The notes: generated by a model not told the origin, from the sequence alone. A stretch of DNA of 64,000 bases from Myxococcota bacterium (GCA_963674735.2 CAXXQS010000001.1:2528001-2592000), one strand, 5' to 3'; positions 29,847 through 40,509 are shown, counted from the stretch's first letter. Numbers and translations: made by a program.

Positions 29847-30659
29847 TTAGAGAGCGAGAGCAATGGCATAGTAATACAGAATCGGCGCCGCAAACAACAC
29901 GGCGTCGAAGCGATCGAGCACACCCCCGTGACCGGGGATGATCTGCCCCGAATCCTTGATGCCGAAACTACGCTTCAGCAGCGACTCGCACAGGTCGCCC
30001 ATTTGACCGATAGCGGCCATTAGAAAGGCAACGATCAGCAGATGCACGAGAGGAAAGTCCATACCGGTAGCCGAGCGGAAGGCTACCGCCGCAGCAATAC
30101 TGGCCAATGTTCCGCCCACGGCCCCGGCCCAGGTCTTCTTGGGTGAGACCTTTTCATACAATTTGCGCTTACCCAGAAAGCGTCCGGCAAAATAAGCGCC
30201 GGTATCGCAGGCCCACACTGTCACCAGCAACAACAGGATGTATTTCCAGGTCTCGGGAAGCGCATACAGCGCAACGAGATAAATGCCCAGCAAATCGATA
30301 TAAACCAGTCCCAACATCCCTTTGGCGATACGCGGACCCACGGTCGCCATGTCGCCGGTATGAAATAGAAAATAGAGGAACATCAGCAAAACAGCAGCTA
30401 AAAATACGGCATGAAAAGCCAGCGGCGCAGCATCGAACACAATCGCCGATCCCCAACCCGCAAATAGTCCCAGGCCCAGAACGACCCCGGCTCGCCGATC
30501 GACTGCATCGTCAGGAAATGCCATCGTGTAATATTCGAGAAGCCCGATCTGCATCACCACCAGCCAGAAAAGAAAATTCGCCAATTCGCCGCCGTAAATG
30601 AACAACGGGAGAACAACCGGGACAGCCACCAAGGCCGTAGCGACGCGCTTCCACAACAT
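29847..30659 (-). CDS. cdsA: Phosphatidate cytidylyltransferase
   Basis: WACDTGAYFAG; VSPKKTWAG; GDLCESLLKRSFGIKDSGQIIPGHGGVLDRFD. Confidence 0.96.
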   Translation of the reverse strand: MLWKRVATALVAVPVVLPLFIYGGELANFLFWLVVMQIGLLEYYTMAFPDDAVDRRAGVVLGLGLFAGWGSAIVFDAAPLAFHAVFLAAVLLMFLYFLFHTGDMATVGPRIAKGMLGLVYIDLLGIYLVALYALPETWKYILLLLVTVWACDTGAYFAGRFLGKRKLYEKVSPKKTWAGAVGGTLASIAAAVAFRSATGMDFPLVHLLIVAFLMAAIGQMGDLCESLLKRSFGIKDSGQIIPGHGGVLDRFDAVLFAAPILYYYAIALAL

Positions 30660-30691
30660 AATCGTCTGGTCCTTTCCCCGCCTGGCGGGTA

Positions 30692-31447
30692 TCAAGTTTT
30701 CTCGGTTGTATCCGAAGCTTTCAATTGATCGGATGTGTGTCCGAAACGCCGTTCACGCCGCTGGAAATCGCGGATGGCATCAAACAGGTGCTGCTTGGTG
30801 AAGTCGGGCCAGAACACCTCGGGAAACTGGAATTCGGCATAGGTAATCTGCCAAGGCAGAAAGCCGCTGGTGCGTAATTCCCCGGAGGTGCGAATCATCA
30901 GATCCACCGGCGGCAGTTCGGGGACGTAAAGATGCTGCTCGAACACCTTTTCGGTAATGGCTTCGGGCATAAGTTCGCCGCGTTTGACTTTTTCGGCGAT
31001 GGCCCGACAGGCGTCCACCAGTTCGTCGCGACCACCGTAGGAGAGACATAAGTTGAGAATCATGCCGTCGTTGTCGGCGGTCTCGGCTCGCAATGAATCC
31101 AGCTTGTTACGCACGTAATCCGGTAGTCGATGCAAATGTCCCGAAGCCACCAGCCGGATATTGTTATCGAGAATCTCGCTACGTTCTTGCTTGAGAAAAC
31201 GCTCCAGCAGGCGCATCAAGGCTTCGACTTCACGCTTGGGACGCGCCCAGTTTTCTCCGCTGAAGGCGTAGAGCGACAAGGCCACCACTCCCAGCTTCCG
31301 GCAGCTGCGCACCACTTCGCGTACGGCGTCCGAGCCCTTTTCGTGCCCGCGCACGCGTTCCATCAATCGGCGTTTGGCCCAACGCCCGTTCCCATCCATG
31401 ATGATGGCGATATGGCCGGGAATGCGCATGGTTTCGATGGTTTCCAT
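30692..31447 (-). CDS. uppS: Undecaprenyl diphosphate synthase
   Basis: HIAIIMDGNGRWA; YAFSGENWARP; SYGGRDE; IRTSGE.R; RERRFG. Confidence 0.96.
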   Translation of the reverse strand: METIETMRIPGHIAIIMDGNGRWAKRRLMERVRGHEKGSDAVREVVRSCRKLGVVALSLYAFSGENWARPKREVEALMRLLERFLKQERSEILDNNIRLVASGHLHRLPDYVRNKLDSLRAETADNDGMILNLCLSYGGRDELVDACRAIAEKVKRGELMPEAITEKVFEQHLYVPELPPVDLMIRTSGELRTSGFLPWQITYAEFQFPEVFWPDFTKQHLFDAIRDFQRRERRFGHTSDQLKASDTTEKT

Positions 31448-31535
31448 TGTGGATTCCTCACTCGTTTCAAGTCGGCGCGGATGCTATCATAGGGTCAATG
31501 CGGAGTCAAACCTCGCGAAAGCGGTTTTTACCCGT

Positions 31536-32087
31536 TCAAAAATCGCTCGCCAGCCAACGCATCGCACGCACCGACCAGCCGTGGTCGCCGCGGTGAAAGA
31601 CCAACACCAAATGTTTCGCCAGCCCCGCCGTCCGCTTCACCTCATCCCGACAATCGACCCGCACCAGCACTTCACCTCGTTCAAGCGGGGAAAAAGCGGG
31701 AAGATCGGCCAGAATATCCGGTTGTTGATCGATATCATGAGGAGAAGCAACCCGGGCACTTTGCAGATCGACGACCTGGCCGACACCGCTCTGCTCGGTG
31801 AGCATGGCCTGCATGGCTCCACGCAACGCCACTCGTTCGCTCTTGCTCGACCGCTGCATAGAGCCGTCCATCGCAATCGAGCGCCAGTCGTCATCGAGAT
31901 AGGACTCGAAACGCGAAGCGTCGCCACGCCAGTAAGCATCGAACATGCCCATCAGCACGCGCCGAACCTGGGCTTTAGAGCCATCCTCCGGTTGCACCAT
32001 GTGCGGCTGGGGCCGTTTCGAACAAGCAGCCAACCCCAATAACAACAGCAACATACAAACACCCGTACATGTTTTATGAATCCACAT
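31536..32087 (-). CDS. Hypothetical lipoprotein (possibly NTF2-like)
   Basis: RBS AGGAGG; lipobox LAAC. Confidence 0.6.
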   Translation of the reverse strand: MWIHKTCTGVCMLLLLLGLAACSKRPQPHMVQPEDGSKAQVRRVLMGMFDAYWRGDASRFESYLDDDWRSIAMDGSMQRSSKSERVALRGAMQAMLTEQSGVGQVVDLQSARVASPHDIDQQPDILADLPAFSPLERGEVLVRVDCRDEVKRTAGLAKHLVLVFHRGDHGWSVRAMRWLASDF

Positions 32088-32226
32088 TTCAACCTCCTAC
32101 TTCGGTTCGTTCGACAATAGTTGTTCAAACCGGCGAAGTCAACGCCGTCGTTTGTCTAAGACCGTTCGAAGCGATCGATTGTCGGAATCCAACCAAACAG
32201 GCTAAGTCTTCCTCGCGTGAATATGC

Positions 32227-32255
32227 TTGACCGAACGGGGCCTCCGCATTAGAGT
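32227..32255 (+). promoter_or_regulatory. Putative sigma70 promoter for the ROK kinase
   Basis: TTGACC-N17-TAGAGT. Confidence 0.5.
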
Positions 32256-32290
32256 GGTTTGGCACGGCAGCCAGATCGCGGGAGGTACTC

Positions 32291-33259
32291 ATGACCAAGC
32301 TTTGTGTTGGAATCGACATCGGTGGGACAAATCTGAAAGCGGGTTTGCTCACCAACCGGGGCACCATGCTCGAACAGTACATGCTCCAACTCGAAGAAAA
32401 AGATAAAAGCGAAGACGGCATTCTGAAAGCTACGCACAAAGCCGTGAAAAAGCTGTTGTCAACATCCGGTTTTGGCAACGAATCCATCGTGGGAGTCGGA
32501 ATCGGATGCGCCGGTGTCATCGACGAGCAGGCGGGCATCATCACGAAAAGCCCGAACTTCCCGCTTTGGACCGATTTCGCCCTGGCCAGGCGCCTCACGG
32601 AAATGTCCGGCTTGCCGGCGGTAATGGAGAACGACGTCAACGCCGTGGCGCGTGGCGAGCAATGGTGTGGAGCCGCTCGCGGCGAAGCCAATTTCCTGTG
32701 CATGGCCATCGGCACCGGACTCGGCGGCGCGCTCTGGTTAAACGGCAACATCTGGAGCGGCATAAACGGGATGGCCGGAGAAGTCGGCCACCTCTGCATC
32801 GATCCCGATGGCGCAGCCTGCAATTGCGGAAGCCGGGGTTGTCTGGAAACCGAGGCCTCCGCCACCGGTCTGATCCGCCATGTGAAAGAAAACCAATTCG
32901 AAGAAGTCCTGTCCAAAGTCAAAAACGACGCCGGTATTCCTTATGAATTGGCCCTCCAAGCTCAAGAAGGAAACCCCAAAGCCCAAGAATACTGGAACCG
33001 CTTCGGTCGCGCGATCGGATTGGCCTTGGCGGGCCTGCTCAATACACTCAATCTGAAACTGGTTCTACTGGGCGGCGGGCTGGCCAAGAGTTTTTCCCTG
33101 TTCTACCCGGCCCTGGAAGAAGAGTTGCAAAGTCGGGCCTACCCGGCCGTCTGGCGGGGAGTCGAGTTCCGCACCAGCCAACTTTGGGAGGAAGCGGGTA
33201 TTTACGGCGCTGCGGCCAACATCCTCAGCAAAATCGAACAAAAAGAGAAAGCCCGCTAG
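32291..33259 (+). CDS. glk: ROK family sugar kinase (glucokinase-like)
   Basis: GIDIGGT; ENDVNA; IGTGLGG; AGEVGH; CNCGSRGCLE. Confidence 0.88.
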   Translation: MTKLCVGIDIGGTNLKAGLLTNRGTMLEQYMLQLEEKDKSEDGILKATHKAVKKLLSTSGFGNESIVGVGIGCAGVIDEQAGIITKSPNFPLWTDFALARRLTEMSGLPAVMENDVNAVARGEQWCGAARGEANFLCMAIGTGLGGALWLNGNIWSGINGMAGEVGHLCIDPDGAACNCGSRGCLETEASATGLIRHVKENQFEEVLSKVKNDAGIPYELALQAQEGNPKAQEYWNRFGRAIGLALAGLLNTLNLKLVLLGGGLAKSFSLFYPALEEELQSRAYPAVWRGVEFRTSQLWEEAGIYGAAANILSKIEQKEKAR

Positions 33260-33310
33260 ACGAAGACCTTTCGCCGATGCCCGTCAGTCGGGTTCAAGGA
33301 GAGCGTGCAA

Positions 33311-33745
33311 ATGGCGATACAAACAACAGTCGACAAGGTTCTGGTGGGCCGTCTCAAACCCGGTGGGGACTTGGCAAACGAAGTCAACCGTCTGCTCGCC
33401 GAACACAAGGTGCGCTTCGGGATGGTCTCGATTATCGGCGCACTGGAGCGAGCCACCCTTGGAGCCTACAGCTTCAGCGAAGCCCAATATCATACCTTCG
33501 AGCTTGACGAGGAAGTGGAGATTCTGCACTGCACCGGCAACATATCCGTCATGGCCGACGGATCCACCTTCGCGCATCTGCACACCACCGTATCGGGACA
33601 CAGCGGTCAGGCACTGGGGGGGCATGTTTTCGAAGGTTGCGTCGTAAAAGTAGCCGAATGCATCGTCCAGGCTTTCGCTGGAGAACCGCCCGTACGCGAG
33701 GAAGATCCTCAAACCGGTCTTAAACTGTGGAAACCGGAGGATTGA
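33311..33745 (+). CDS. PPC/DUF296 domain protein
   Basis: RLKPGGDL; IGAL; EILHCTGNI; HLH; GGH. Confidence 0.88.
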   Translation: MAIQTTVDKVLVGRLKPGGDLANEVNRLLAEHKVRFGMVSIIGALERATLGAYSFSEAQYHTFELDEEVEILHCTGNISVMADGSTFAHLHTTVSGHSGQALGGHVFEGCVVKVAECIVQAFAGEPPVREEDPQTGLKLWKPED

Positions 33746-33764
33746 GCTCCCGTCTTTCGATGTG

Positions 33765-36227
33765 TTAGCCGATCCCGATCAGCTTCAAACGTTCGCGCCA
33801 GCGTCCTTCCAATTCCCGACGTAGATCGGCATGCTCCGCCAAACCTAGGTCCGGATCACGCGCCACCAGATCGAAAGCCAGCTTGCGCGCCAAAACCAGC
33901 AGCGACTGGTCCCGCACCAAGTTGGCATGCTGGAAAATCGGGCTCCCCGTCTGGCGCGTTCCCAAAATGTCTCCCGGTCCGCGTATTTCCAGATCGCGTT
34001 CGGCAATACGAAAACCATCGGTAGTTTCTTCCATCACCGACAAGCGCTCGCGCGCCTCTTCCCCCACCTTCTCGCACATCAGGAAACAATACGACGAATG
34101 CTCGCCACGACCGACACGCCCCCGAAGCTGATGCAACTGCGAAAGCCCGAAACGTTCGGCGTGCTGAACGACCATGACCGTGGCGTTGGGCACATCAATG
34201 CCGACTTCAACCACGGATGTCGCGACCAGAACATCATAGACGCCCTCCAGAAAAGCACGCATCACCCGTTCTTTCTCATCGCGCGGCATGCGTCCATGTA
34301 AAAGTCCGATCGGGGTATCGGGCAACTCGACTCGCAGCCGTTCGACCTCTTCCTCCGCGCCGGAAACGTCCAATTTTTCCGATTCGCGGATCAGCGGCGT
34401 AATCACATAAACCTGGCGGCCCGCACGAATCTCCGTCTGGACGACGGTTTTCACCTGTGGCCACTCGTTGATCCAATGCACCTGCGTGACGATGGGGCGT
34501 CGTCCTTGGGGCAGTTCATCGAGTATCGAGACATCGAGGTCGCCGTAAACCGTCATGGCCAGCGAACGCGGTATCGGAGTGGCCGTCATCACCAGACAAT
34601 CCGAAGCCGGTCCTTTGCCGGCCAGCATCACCCGCTGACGCACACCGAAACGATGTTGTTCGTCAACGATCACATAACCGAGATTTTTAAAACGCACGCC
34701 TTTTTGTATCAGGGCATGCGTGCCGATCACCAAATCGATCTCACCCGATTCGATACGCTCGTAAACAGCCCGCTTATCGGCGCGTCCCAGGTCCGCAGTC
34801 AATAGTTCGACCGTTACGCCACCGAAATCACACAAGGCTGAAATCGTGCGAAAATGCTGTTCGGCCAGAATTTCGGTGGGGGCCATGAGCGCCGCTTGTC
34901 GACCGTTTTCCACAACCATCAGCGCACTGAGAACGGCAACGATGGTCTTGCCCGATCCCACGTCGCCTTGCAGAAGACGATTCATGGGTTTGGAATCCAT
35001 CAGATCGGCCACGATTTCTTTCAGCACCCGCCGTTGGGCATCCGTCAATGTATGCGGAAAACGCTTGTAAAAGCGGGTGGCCAGGTCGGTCTTGCGTTCA
35101 TGCGCAAAACCTGCCTGACGCACGGTGCCTTCCCGACGCTGGGCCAAAGCGGTCTGAACGAAGAAAAATTCATCGAAGGCCAGTCGCTGATGGGCGGCGC
35201 TGCGACCTTCATTCAAATGATCGACTTCAGCCGACTCAGCCGGACGATGCAAGGCTTCAAGGGCCGTCACCAAATCCGGAAGACCGGCGCCTCGCAAGAT
35301 CGCTTCCGGCATCGGATCTCGAACCAACGGCAGGTAAGCGTCGACCGCCGCGAGAACAATGGCCGCCAGCCGCCGGGTCGTGACTCCCTTTATATCGGGA
35401 TACAAAGGCCGGATCGAGCGATCAGGCTCGTCTGCTTCATCGCCGTTGTCGGGTGACAAATCGGGATGAACAATTTGAAGGCGGTTACGGAAATGGCTGA
35501 CTTTGCCGCTGAAGCGGACCGGGTCGCCGACTTTGTAACGCGCCGACACCGCTTGTGCACCATAGTGGAACCAGGATAGTGTCACAACCCCGCTGTCGTC
35601 CTGCACCACCACTTCGAATGGCCGCCGCCCGAAACGGGGTCCGCTGGACATCGCGGCAATCACGCCCCGGGCCTGTCCCACCACACCGACCTGGAGATCG
35701 GCGATGCGGCCCACGCGGCGACGGTCTTCAAAGCGTCGCGGTAAAAAGTAGAGTAAGTCTTCCACCGTGACGATGTCGCGCGCAGCGAGTTCCGCCGCCA
35801 CACGAGGCCCCACCCCTTTGACGAACTGAACCGACATGTAAAGCGGACGACGATCGGGATAGGCAACCTCCCGAAGTCCCTCCGTCGATGAAACCGACTC
35901 GGATTCGGCCTTCGGAGCCAATTTGGCTTCCAGCGCATCCAGCAGCGCTAAAGCGGACAGGAGTCGTTTACGCTTCTCGTCGACGGTGGCTGCCGGATAA
36001 TCATTCATCAACTCAGCCAATTTGGCAAAGCGTTCGCGAATCGGTTTGGGAAAGGAATCGGGCTGGAACGTTTTCAGCAGGTGCAAGATACGTCGGTCAA
36101 GGCCTGTAATACGTTCCAAACCACCGAAATTATTACGGACGGCCAACACCAGCGGCCGTCGTAATTCGGGCAGCAGTTTTAGTGTCCCGGCCCGGTCGGA
36201 CCCTTTGGAAGGAGGACCGCTCATCAA
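33765..36227 (-). CDS. recG: ATP-dependent DNA helicase RecG (N-terminally extended)
   Basis: KGVGP; RLLQGDVGSGKT; MAPTEILAEQH; DEQHRFG; MTATPIPRS; QLRGRVGR. Confidence 0.97.
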   Translation of the reverse strand: MMSGPPSKGSDRAGTLKLLPELRRPLVLAVRNNFGGLERITGLDRRILHLLKTFQPDSFPKPIRERFAKLAELMNDYPAATVDEKRKRLLSALALLDALEAKLAPKAESESVSSTEGLREVAYPDRRPLYMSVQFVKGVGPRVAAELAARDIVTVEDLLYFLPRRFEDRRRVGRIADLQVGVVGQARGVIAAMSSGPRFGRRPFEVVVQDDSGVVTLSWFHYGAQAVSARYKVGDPVRFSGKVSHFRNRLQIVHPDLSPDNGDEADEPDRSIRPLYPDIKGVTTRRLAAIVLAAVDAYLPLVRDPMPEAILRGAGLPDLVTALEALHRPAESAEVDHLNEGRSAAHQRLAFDEFFFVQTALAQRREGTVRQAGFAHERKTDLATRFYKRFPHTLTDAQRRVLKEIVADLMDSKPMNRLLQGDVGSGKTIVAVLSALMVVENGRQAALMAPTEILAEQHFRTISALCDFGGVTVELLTADLGRADKRAVYERIESGEIDLVIGTHALIQKGVRFKNLGYVIVDEQHRFGVRQRVMLAGKGPASDCLVMTATPIPRSLAMTVYGDLDVSILDELPQGRRPIVTQVHWINEWPQVKTVVQTEIRAGRQVYVITPLIRESEKLDVSGAEEEVERLRVELPDTPIGLLHGRMPRDEKERVMRAFLEGVYDVLVATSVVEVGIDVPNATVMVVQHAERFGLSQLHQLRGRVGRGEHSSYCFLMCEKVGEEARERLSVMEETTDGFRIAERDLEIRGPGDILGTRQTGSPIFQHANLVRDQSLLVLARKLAFDLVARDPDLGLAEHADLRRELEGRWRERLKLIGIG

Positions 36228-36709
36228 CCCCGATACTCGACTTCGACAATTTCCAGAACACGTGTTCCTTTGGGGGCTTTGACCCGCACTTCATCGCCCT
36301 GAATCCGACCGATCACCGCACGCGCGATAGCCGAGTCAACGGAGATAAAACCGGTTTGGGGATTGGACTCTTCAGCCCCGACAATGGTAACCGTTCGCTC
36401 TTCTTCCGTTTCCAGATCGAAAAGCGTGACCGTGGCCCCAAACATCACCCGCTCACCGCTTAGCTTGCTCGGATCGATCACCTCGGCACGACCGATTTTA
36501 TCTTCCAGTTCGCGAATACGTGCTTCGATCAGTCCCTGTTGATCTTTGGCATACTGATATTCGGCATTCTCCGACAAGTCGCCATGGGCGCGTGCAACTT
36601 CGATTTCTTTCACGATATTCGGACGCTCATTCGACTTCAGGTGATTGAGCTCATTCTTCATCTTGGCCAACCCATTGGGGGTAATGGGCATGCGTTTCAC
36701 GGAGTTCAT
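36224..36709 (-). CDS. greA: Transcription elongation factor GreA
   Basis: ARAHGDLSENAEY; VMFGATV; IVGAEE; ISVDSAIARA. Confidence 0.96.
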   Translation of the reverse strand: MNSVKRMPITPNGLAKMKNELNHLKSNERPNIVKEIEVARAHGDLSENAEYQYAKDQQGLIEARIRELEDKIGRAEVIDPSKLSGERVMFGATVTLFDLETEEERTVTIVGAEESNPQTGFISVDSAIARAVIGRIQGDEVRVKAPKGTRVLEIVEVEYRG

Positions 36710-37833
36710 TGAGGGGTCTCCTTCAATCGCCGATCATAGGGCTTGTTTCGTTTCTGTAGTCGTTTCGCCACGCCGTTGAGTTCCTGGGGCAGTTTGTCCA
36801 GTTGTCGACACATTTCCGTCATCAACGTCACGCCATTTTGCAGATCTTTCACATGAACCGTTTCTTCTTTCAATTGCGCTTTTCCATCGGGACCGGGTTC
36901 ATCTCCCATATTATGGTAGTTACCCAACGGAAAAGCAATTCCACCGGTTGTGAAACCGTGGGTGATGAAAGCGGTGGCTTCGCAGGCTCCGCCATCCATC
37001 ACACGGCGTTGAAATTTAAAACGCTTGTCGCTCTTCTTGCAAGCCTCGGCACAAACTTCCATGTAGCGACAAAGATCGGATGAGAAGACGGCCATACGGT
37101 CGCCCAGACGAATCACCGGTCCATCCCCCTGAGCCGTGCCGGGAAGATGTTTGGAGGTTTCCAACGACACCAAGGCCAAGTCTTTGGGCAACACCTCATC
37201 CTTCAACATGGAGAGCGCTCCGCAAAAACCCTGTTCTTCCGCACGCGTAAAGATCAGCCAGACTTCATGCCGCACTTTCGTGCGACTCAATTCCCGCATC
37301 AACGCCAACTGGGCGACCACCGAAACCAAATCGTCGGCCGCCCGGGTGACAATCAACGAGCCGTCCATGCGAAACGCATCCAGATCCCATTGCCCGAAAG
37401 CACCGACCGGAACCGGAGCATCGAGCTTGAGTCGCATGGTCTCCACTCGCTTGGGAGCGTCTTTGGGCGAAAAGGTGCGTGTCACCCGCCCCCGGACGCC
37501 GCCCTCGTGGTGAACCAGCACCTTCGCCTGGCGGAAAAAGGGCTTCCATACCCCACCCCACCACTGAGCGGTAGCCGTCTTTCCCTTGGATTCGATGATC
37601 TCGAAGCCGGGGTGGTCCATGTGGGCCACAAAGCCGATGCGACCTTTGCGTGGGCGACCCTTGGGTTTCGCCACCACGATCAGATTCCCGGCCGCATCCG
37701 CCGCCACCGGCAGTCCGGCTTCTTCCGCGTGACGCCGGACCACCCGAGCCACCGCCGCTTCATAAAAGGGAGCGGTGGGACAAGTCAGCACCTCTTTCAG
37801 AATTTTCCGTAGTTCCATTCGATTGATAGCCAT
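36706..37833 (-). CDS. M20/M28/M42-family metallo-hydrolase
   Basis: AHMDHPG; RAADD; TRAEEQG; DGGACE; GNYHN. Confidence 0.82.
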   Translation of the reverse strand: MAINRMELRKILKEVLTCPTAPFYEAAVARVVRRHAEEAGLPVAADAAGNLIVVAKPKGRPRKGRIGFVAHMDHPGFEIIESKGKTATAQWWGGVWKPFFRQAKVLVHHEGGVRGRVTRTFSPKDAPKRVETMRLKLDAPVPVGAFGQWDLDAFRMDGSLIVTRAADDLVSVVAQLALMRELSRTKVRHEVWLIFTRAEEQGFCGALSMLKDEVLPKDLALVSLETSKHLPGTAQGDGPVIRLGDRMAVFSSDLCRYMEVCAEACKKSDKRFKFQRRVMDGGACEATAFITHGFTTGGIAFPLGNYHNMGDEPGPDGKAQLKEETVHVKDLQNGVTLMTEMCRQLDKLPQELNGVAKRLQKRNKPYDRRLKETPQ

Positions 37834-37855
37834 AACCCCAAAACTCCCCTGCCGC

Positions 37856-38251
37856 TCAGCCGGGCGGCAGATTCAGATATTTGATGTCGCAGGCTTCGGT
37901 TGTAACAAAGATTTCCATTTCCTGTACACCGCAAACACCGGTAAAGCGCATCACGTTTTTTCCCGCAGGACTCGTTGCCGAAAAGGTTTCATCGCGAGCG
38001 GCCAACCCATCGGTAAGCGTTTTGTAGAACCGGTTGCCGTTTGCACAATACAAAATATCCAAGAAACGCGCCAAATCATCCTGTCCGCAGAGTTCGAAAG
38101 GCGAATCGGCGCTGGTGTCCAATTCCTCGACGAACACTTTGGGAGAGCGTTTCTGCGGGTTCAGAACGTAGGCATTGCGCTCCAGACAACCTCCGACAAG
38201 CAAGACGATCATGAGAACGCTGATTGTCGTCCAATGGCTCAACAATTTCAT
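37856..38251 (-). CDS. Hypothetical lipoprotein
   Basis: MKLLSHW...LLVGGC lipobox; collinear with the peptidase-greA-recG run. Confidence 0.6.
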   Translation of the reverse strand: MKLLSHWTTISVLMIVLLVGGCLERNAYVLNPQKRSPKVFVEELDTSADSPFELCGQDDLARFLDILYCANGNRFYKTLTDGLAARDETFSATSPAGKNVMRFTGVCGVQEMEIFVTTEACDIKYLNLPPG

Positions 38252-38585
38252 TGGGTTTGTACACCTTATAAAAACGTGAAAAGCCGTCCGCAAAGCCATA
38301 CGCAACAGGACGGCTGCCCGCATTGTAATGAAGCCCTTCCGCGAGGTCAAGCTTCCTTGCAACAAGATCTGAACTATCCGGTTTTTATCTTAAATTACAA
38401 CTAGTTACCAGCTCAGCCGACATTAAAATAGCTCTAACTATCACCATTTTTTAACAATTTAATGCTTGATCTTTTACGGGAAACCCCGTATGTCATGCTT
38501 GACATTCGATCCTTAGACGGCCCTATCGCGTTAGAATATGAGATAGTTGCGGGACACAAACGAGATCGCTGGAGAAGGCGGATTG

Positions 38586-39722
38586 ATGGAACAGAAGCAA
38601 AGCTGGTCATGGGAAACACTGATGCGGATCGGATTCTTTCTGCTCTTACTCTACGTATTTTTCATTGCCATCGGCCTAATGGGAACCGCTTTCAAGCTCC
38701 TGGGAACCGGAACGGCCGAAGCCTTGATCACCGCGACCTCGAATCCTTTCACCGGCCTGATGATCGGCATTCTGTCCACCGCCATCGTCCAAAGCTCATC
38801 CGTCACCACGTCGATGGTCGTCGGTCTGGTTTCCGGTGGAGGGTTGAACATCGCCAACGCCGTCCCCATCATCATGGGCGCCAATATCGGAACCTCGGTT
38901 ACAAACGTCATCGTTTCCATCGGGCATATTCGCCAGAGCAAGGAATTCGAAAGAGCCTTTGCGGGTGCCACGGTTCATGATCTGTTCAACCTCATGACCG
39001 TCGCGATTCTGCTGCCCCTTGAACTGGCTACCGGTTATCTGGAAAAAGTCGGAGGTCTACTAGCCCACTTCTTCACCGGGGCCGAATCCGTCGCCTTTCA
39101 TAGTCCGTTGAAACTGATCGTCAAACCGGCCACCGGTCTGATCAAATCTTTCTTCACGCAATCGCTGGATATCCCGGATTTCGCCGCAGGCATCATCATG
39201 GTTGTGCTGGCGTTCATTTTGTTGTTTAGCGCCTTGGTGCTGATCGTGCGGACCATGAAAGCCCTGATGTTGCATCGATTGGAAGTCGCCATCGACCGGA
39301 TGTTCGGTGCGAAGCCGATTTTCGCCATTCTGGCCGGTGCCGTCATCACCGCAACCATCCAGTCAAGTTCGATCACAACCTCGCTCCTGGTCCCGCTCAT
39401 CGGTGCGGGTGCGATGAGCCTCGAAGCGGCCTTCCCCATCACCATCGGAGCCAACATCGGCACCACCATCACCGCACTTCTGGCTTCGCTGGCCGGTGAT
39501 GTAAACGGGCTGGCCATCGCTTTCGTCCATCTGATGTTCAATCTGTCGGGCATGATGATCATCTATGTGTACGAACCGATTCGACGCATTCCGATTAAAG
39601 CGGCGCGCATGATGGCGCATCTGGCCGTTATCAATAAAAAGTTCGCCATCGCATTCATTCTGGGCATGTTTTACCTGCTGCCCCTGGCGGGATTCGCCAT
39701 CTCGGAATGGATTATGAACTGA
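38586..39722 (+). CDS. Na+/phosphate cotransporter (NptA/SLC34-like)
   Basis: Two QSSS motifs (VQSSSVTTS, IQSSSITTS), each followed by GANIGT; AFAGATVHD. Confidence 0.93.
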   Translation: MEQKQSWSWETLMRIGFFLLLLYVFFIAIGLMGTAFKLLGTGTAEALITATSNPFTGLMIGILSTAIVQSSSVTTSMVVGLVSGGGLNIANAVPIIMGANIGTSVTNVIVSIGHIRQSKEFERAFAGATVHDLFNLMTVAILLPLELATGYLEKVGGLLAHFFTGAESVAFHSPLKLIVKPATGLIKSFFTQSLDIPDFAAGIIMVVLAFILLFSALVLIVRTMKALMLHRLEVAIDRMFGAKPIFAILAGAVITATIQSSSITTSLLVPLIGAGAMSLEAAFPITIGANIGTTITALLASLAGDVNGLAIAFVHLMFNLSGMMIIYVYEPIRRIPIKAARMMAHLAVINKKFAIAFILGMFYLLPLAGFAISEWIMN

Positions 39723-39767
39723 AAATCTCTCGGCAATTCGGGTATCGGATGAGAGAGGAGAGTTAGC

Positions 39768-40484
39768 ATGCCAAAGAATAAAACCATATTCAGCCGCGCA
39801 TTCTGGACAAAGTTCTTCGGGATTTTCACCGACGAACCGCTCACCAATCAAGCCCAGCATAACTTCGAAAAAATGCTCTCTTTGGCTCAGGATATGTATG
39901 TCTCTCTCACCTCCGTTCTGATCGACCCGGGTGAAACCACCCTGGATTCCATCCGCGAGGGCTTTTTCGCCACCGACGTCAAAATCAACAAATTGGAAAC
40001 TCAGATCCGACGCGAGATCTTGGTTCATTTGGCCGTGTCGGGCGAACAGTCGGCGAAAGTCCCCGGTTTCCTGTTGCTGCTGAATCTCATCAAAGATGCC
40101 GAACGCCTGGGAGACTACAGCAAAAACATCTTTGAAATCTTCGAACACGGCGCCGACAAGGTCAACGGGGAATATTTGGAGCGGTTCAAGGAAGTGCGGG
40201 ATACCACCATTCGCCTGTTCAGCGAAGTCCACACCTCCATCATCATGATGGACGCCAAACTAGCCCAGAAAGCCCGTGAAGACGCGACAGCCGCCATCAA
40301 AACCTGTGCCGGGATTACCGATCACCTGATCGATAACCCGAACTCATGTGAGAATGCCGTCGCCGTTGCGCTGCTGTTCCGCTATCAAAAACGCATTCTG
40401 AGCCACCTGCGCAAGATCGCAACAGCGCAATTCTCTCCCTTCGACCGCTTCGGTTCGGTGGGAAAAACCGAGGATCCGCAGTAA
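39768..40484 (+). CDS. PhoU-domain protein
   Basis: D..IN..E..IRR; DAERLGD; located downstream of the Na/Pi transporter. Confidence 0.85.
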   Translation: MPKNKTIFSRAFWTKFFGIFTDEPLTNQAQHNFEKMLSLAQDMYVSLTSVLIDPGETTLDSIREGFFATDVKINKLETQIRREILVHLAVSGEQSAKVPGFLLLLNLIKDAERLGDYSKNIFEIFEHGADKVNGEYLERFKEVRDTTIRLFSEVHTSIIMMDAKLAQKAREDATAAIKTCAGITDHLIDNPNSCENAVAVALLFRYQKRILSHLRKIATAQFSPFDRFGSVGKTEDPQ

Positions 40485-40509
40485 TCCTCACACCTTAACG
40501 TGTTAATAG

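Noticed and set aside
32260-32275. Sigma54-like TGGCACG upstream of the ROK kinase
   Set aside because: No -12 GC at the required position
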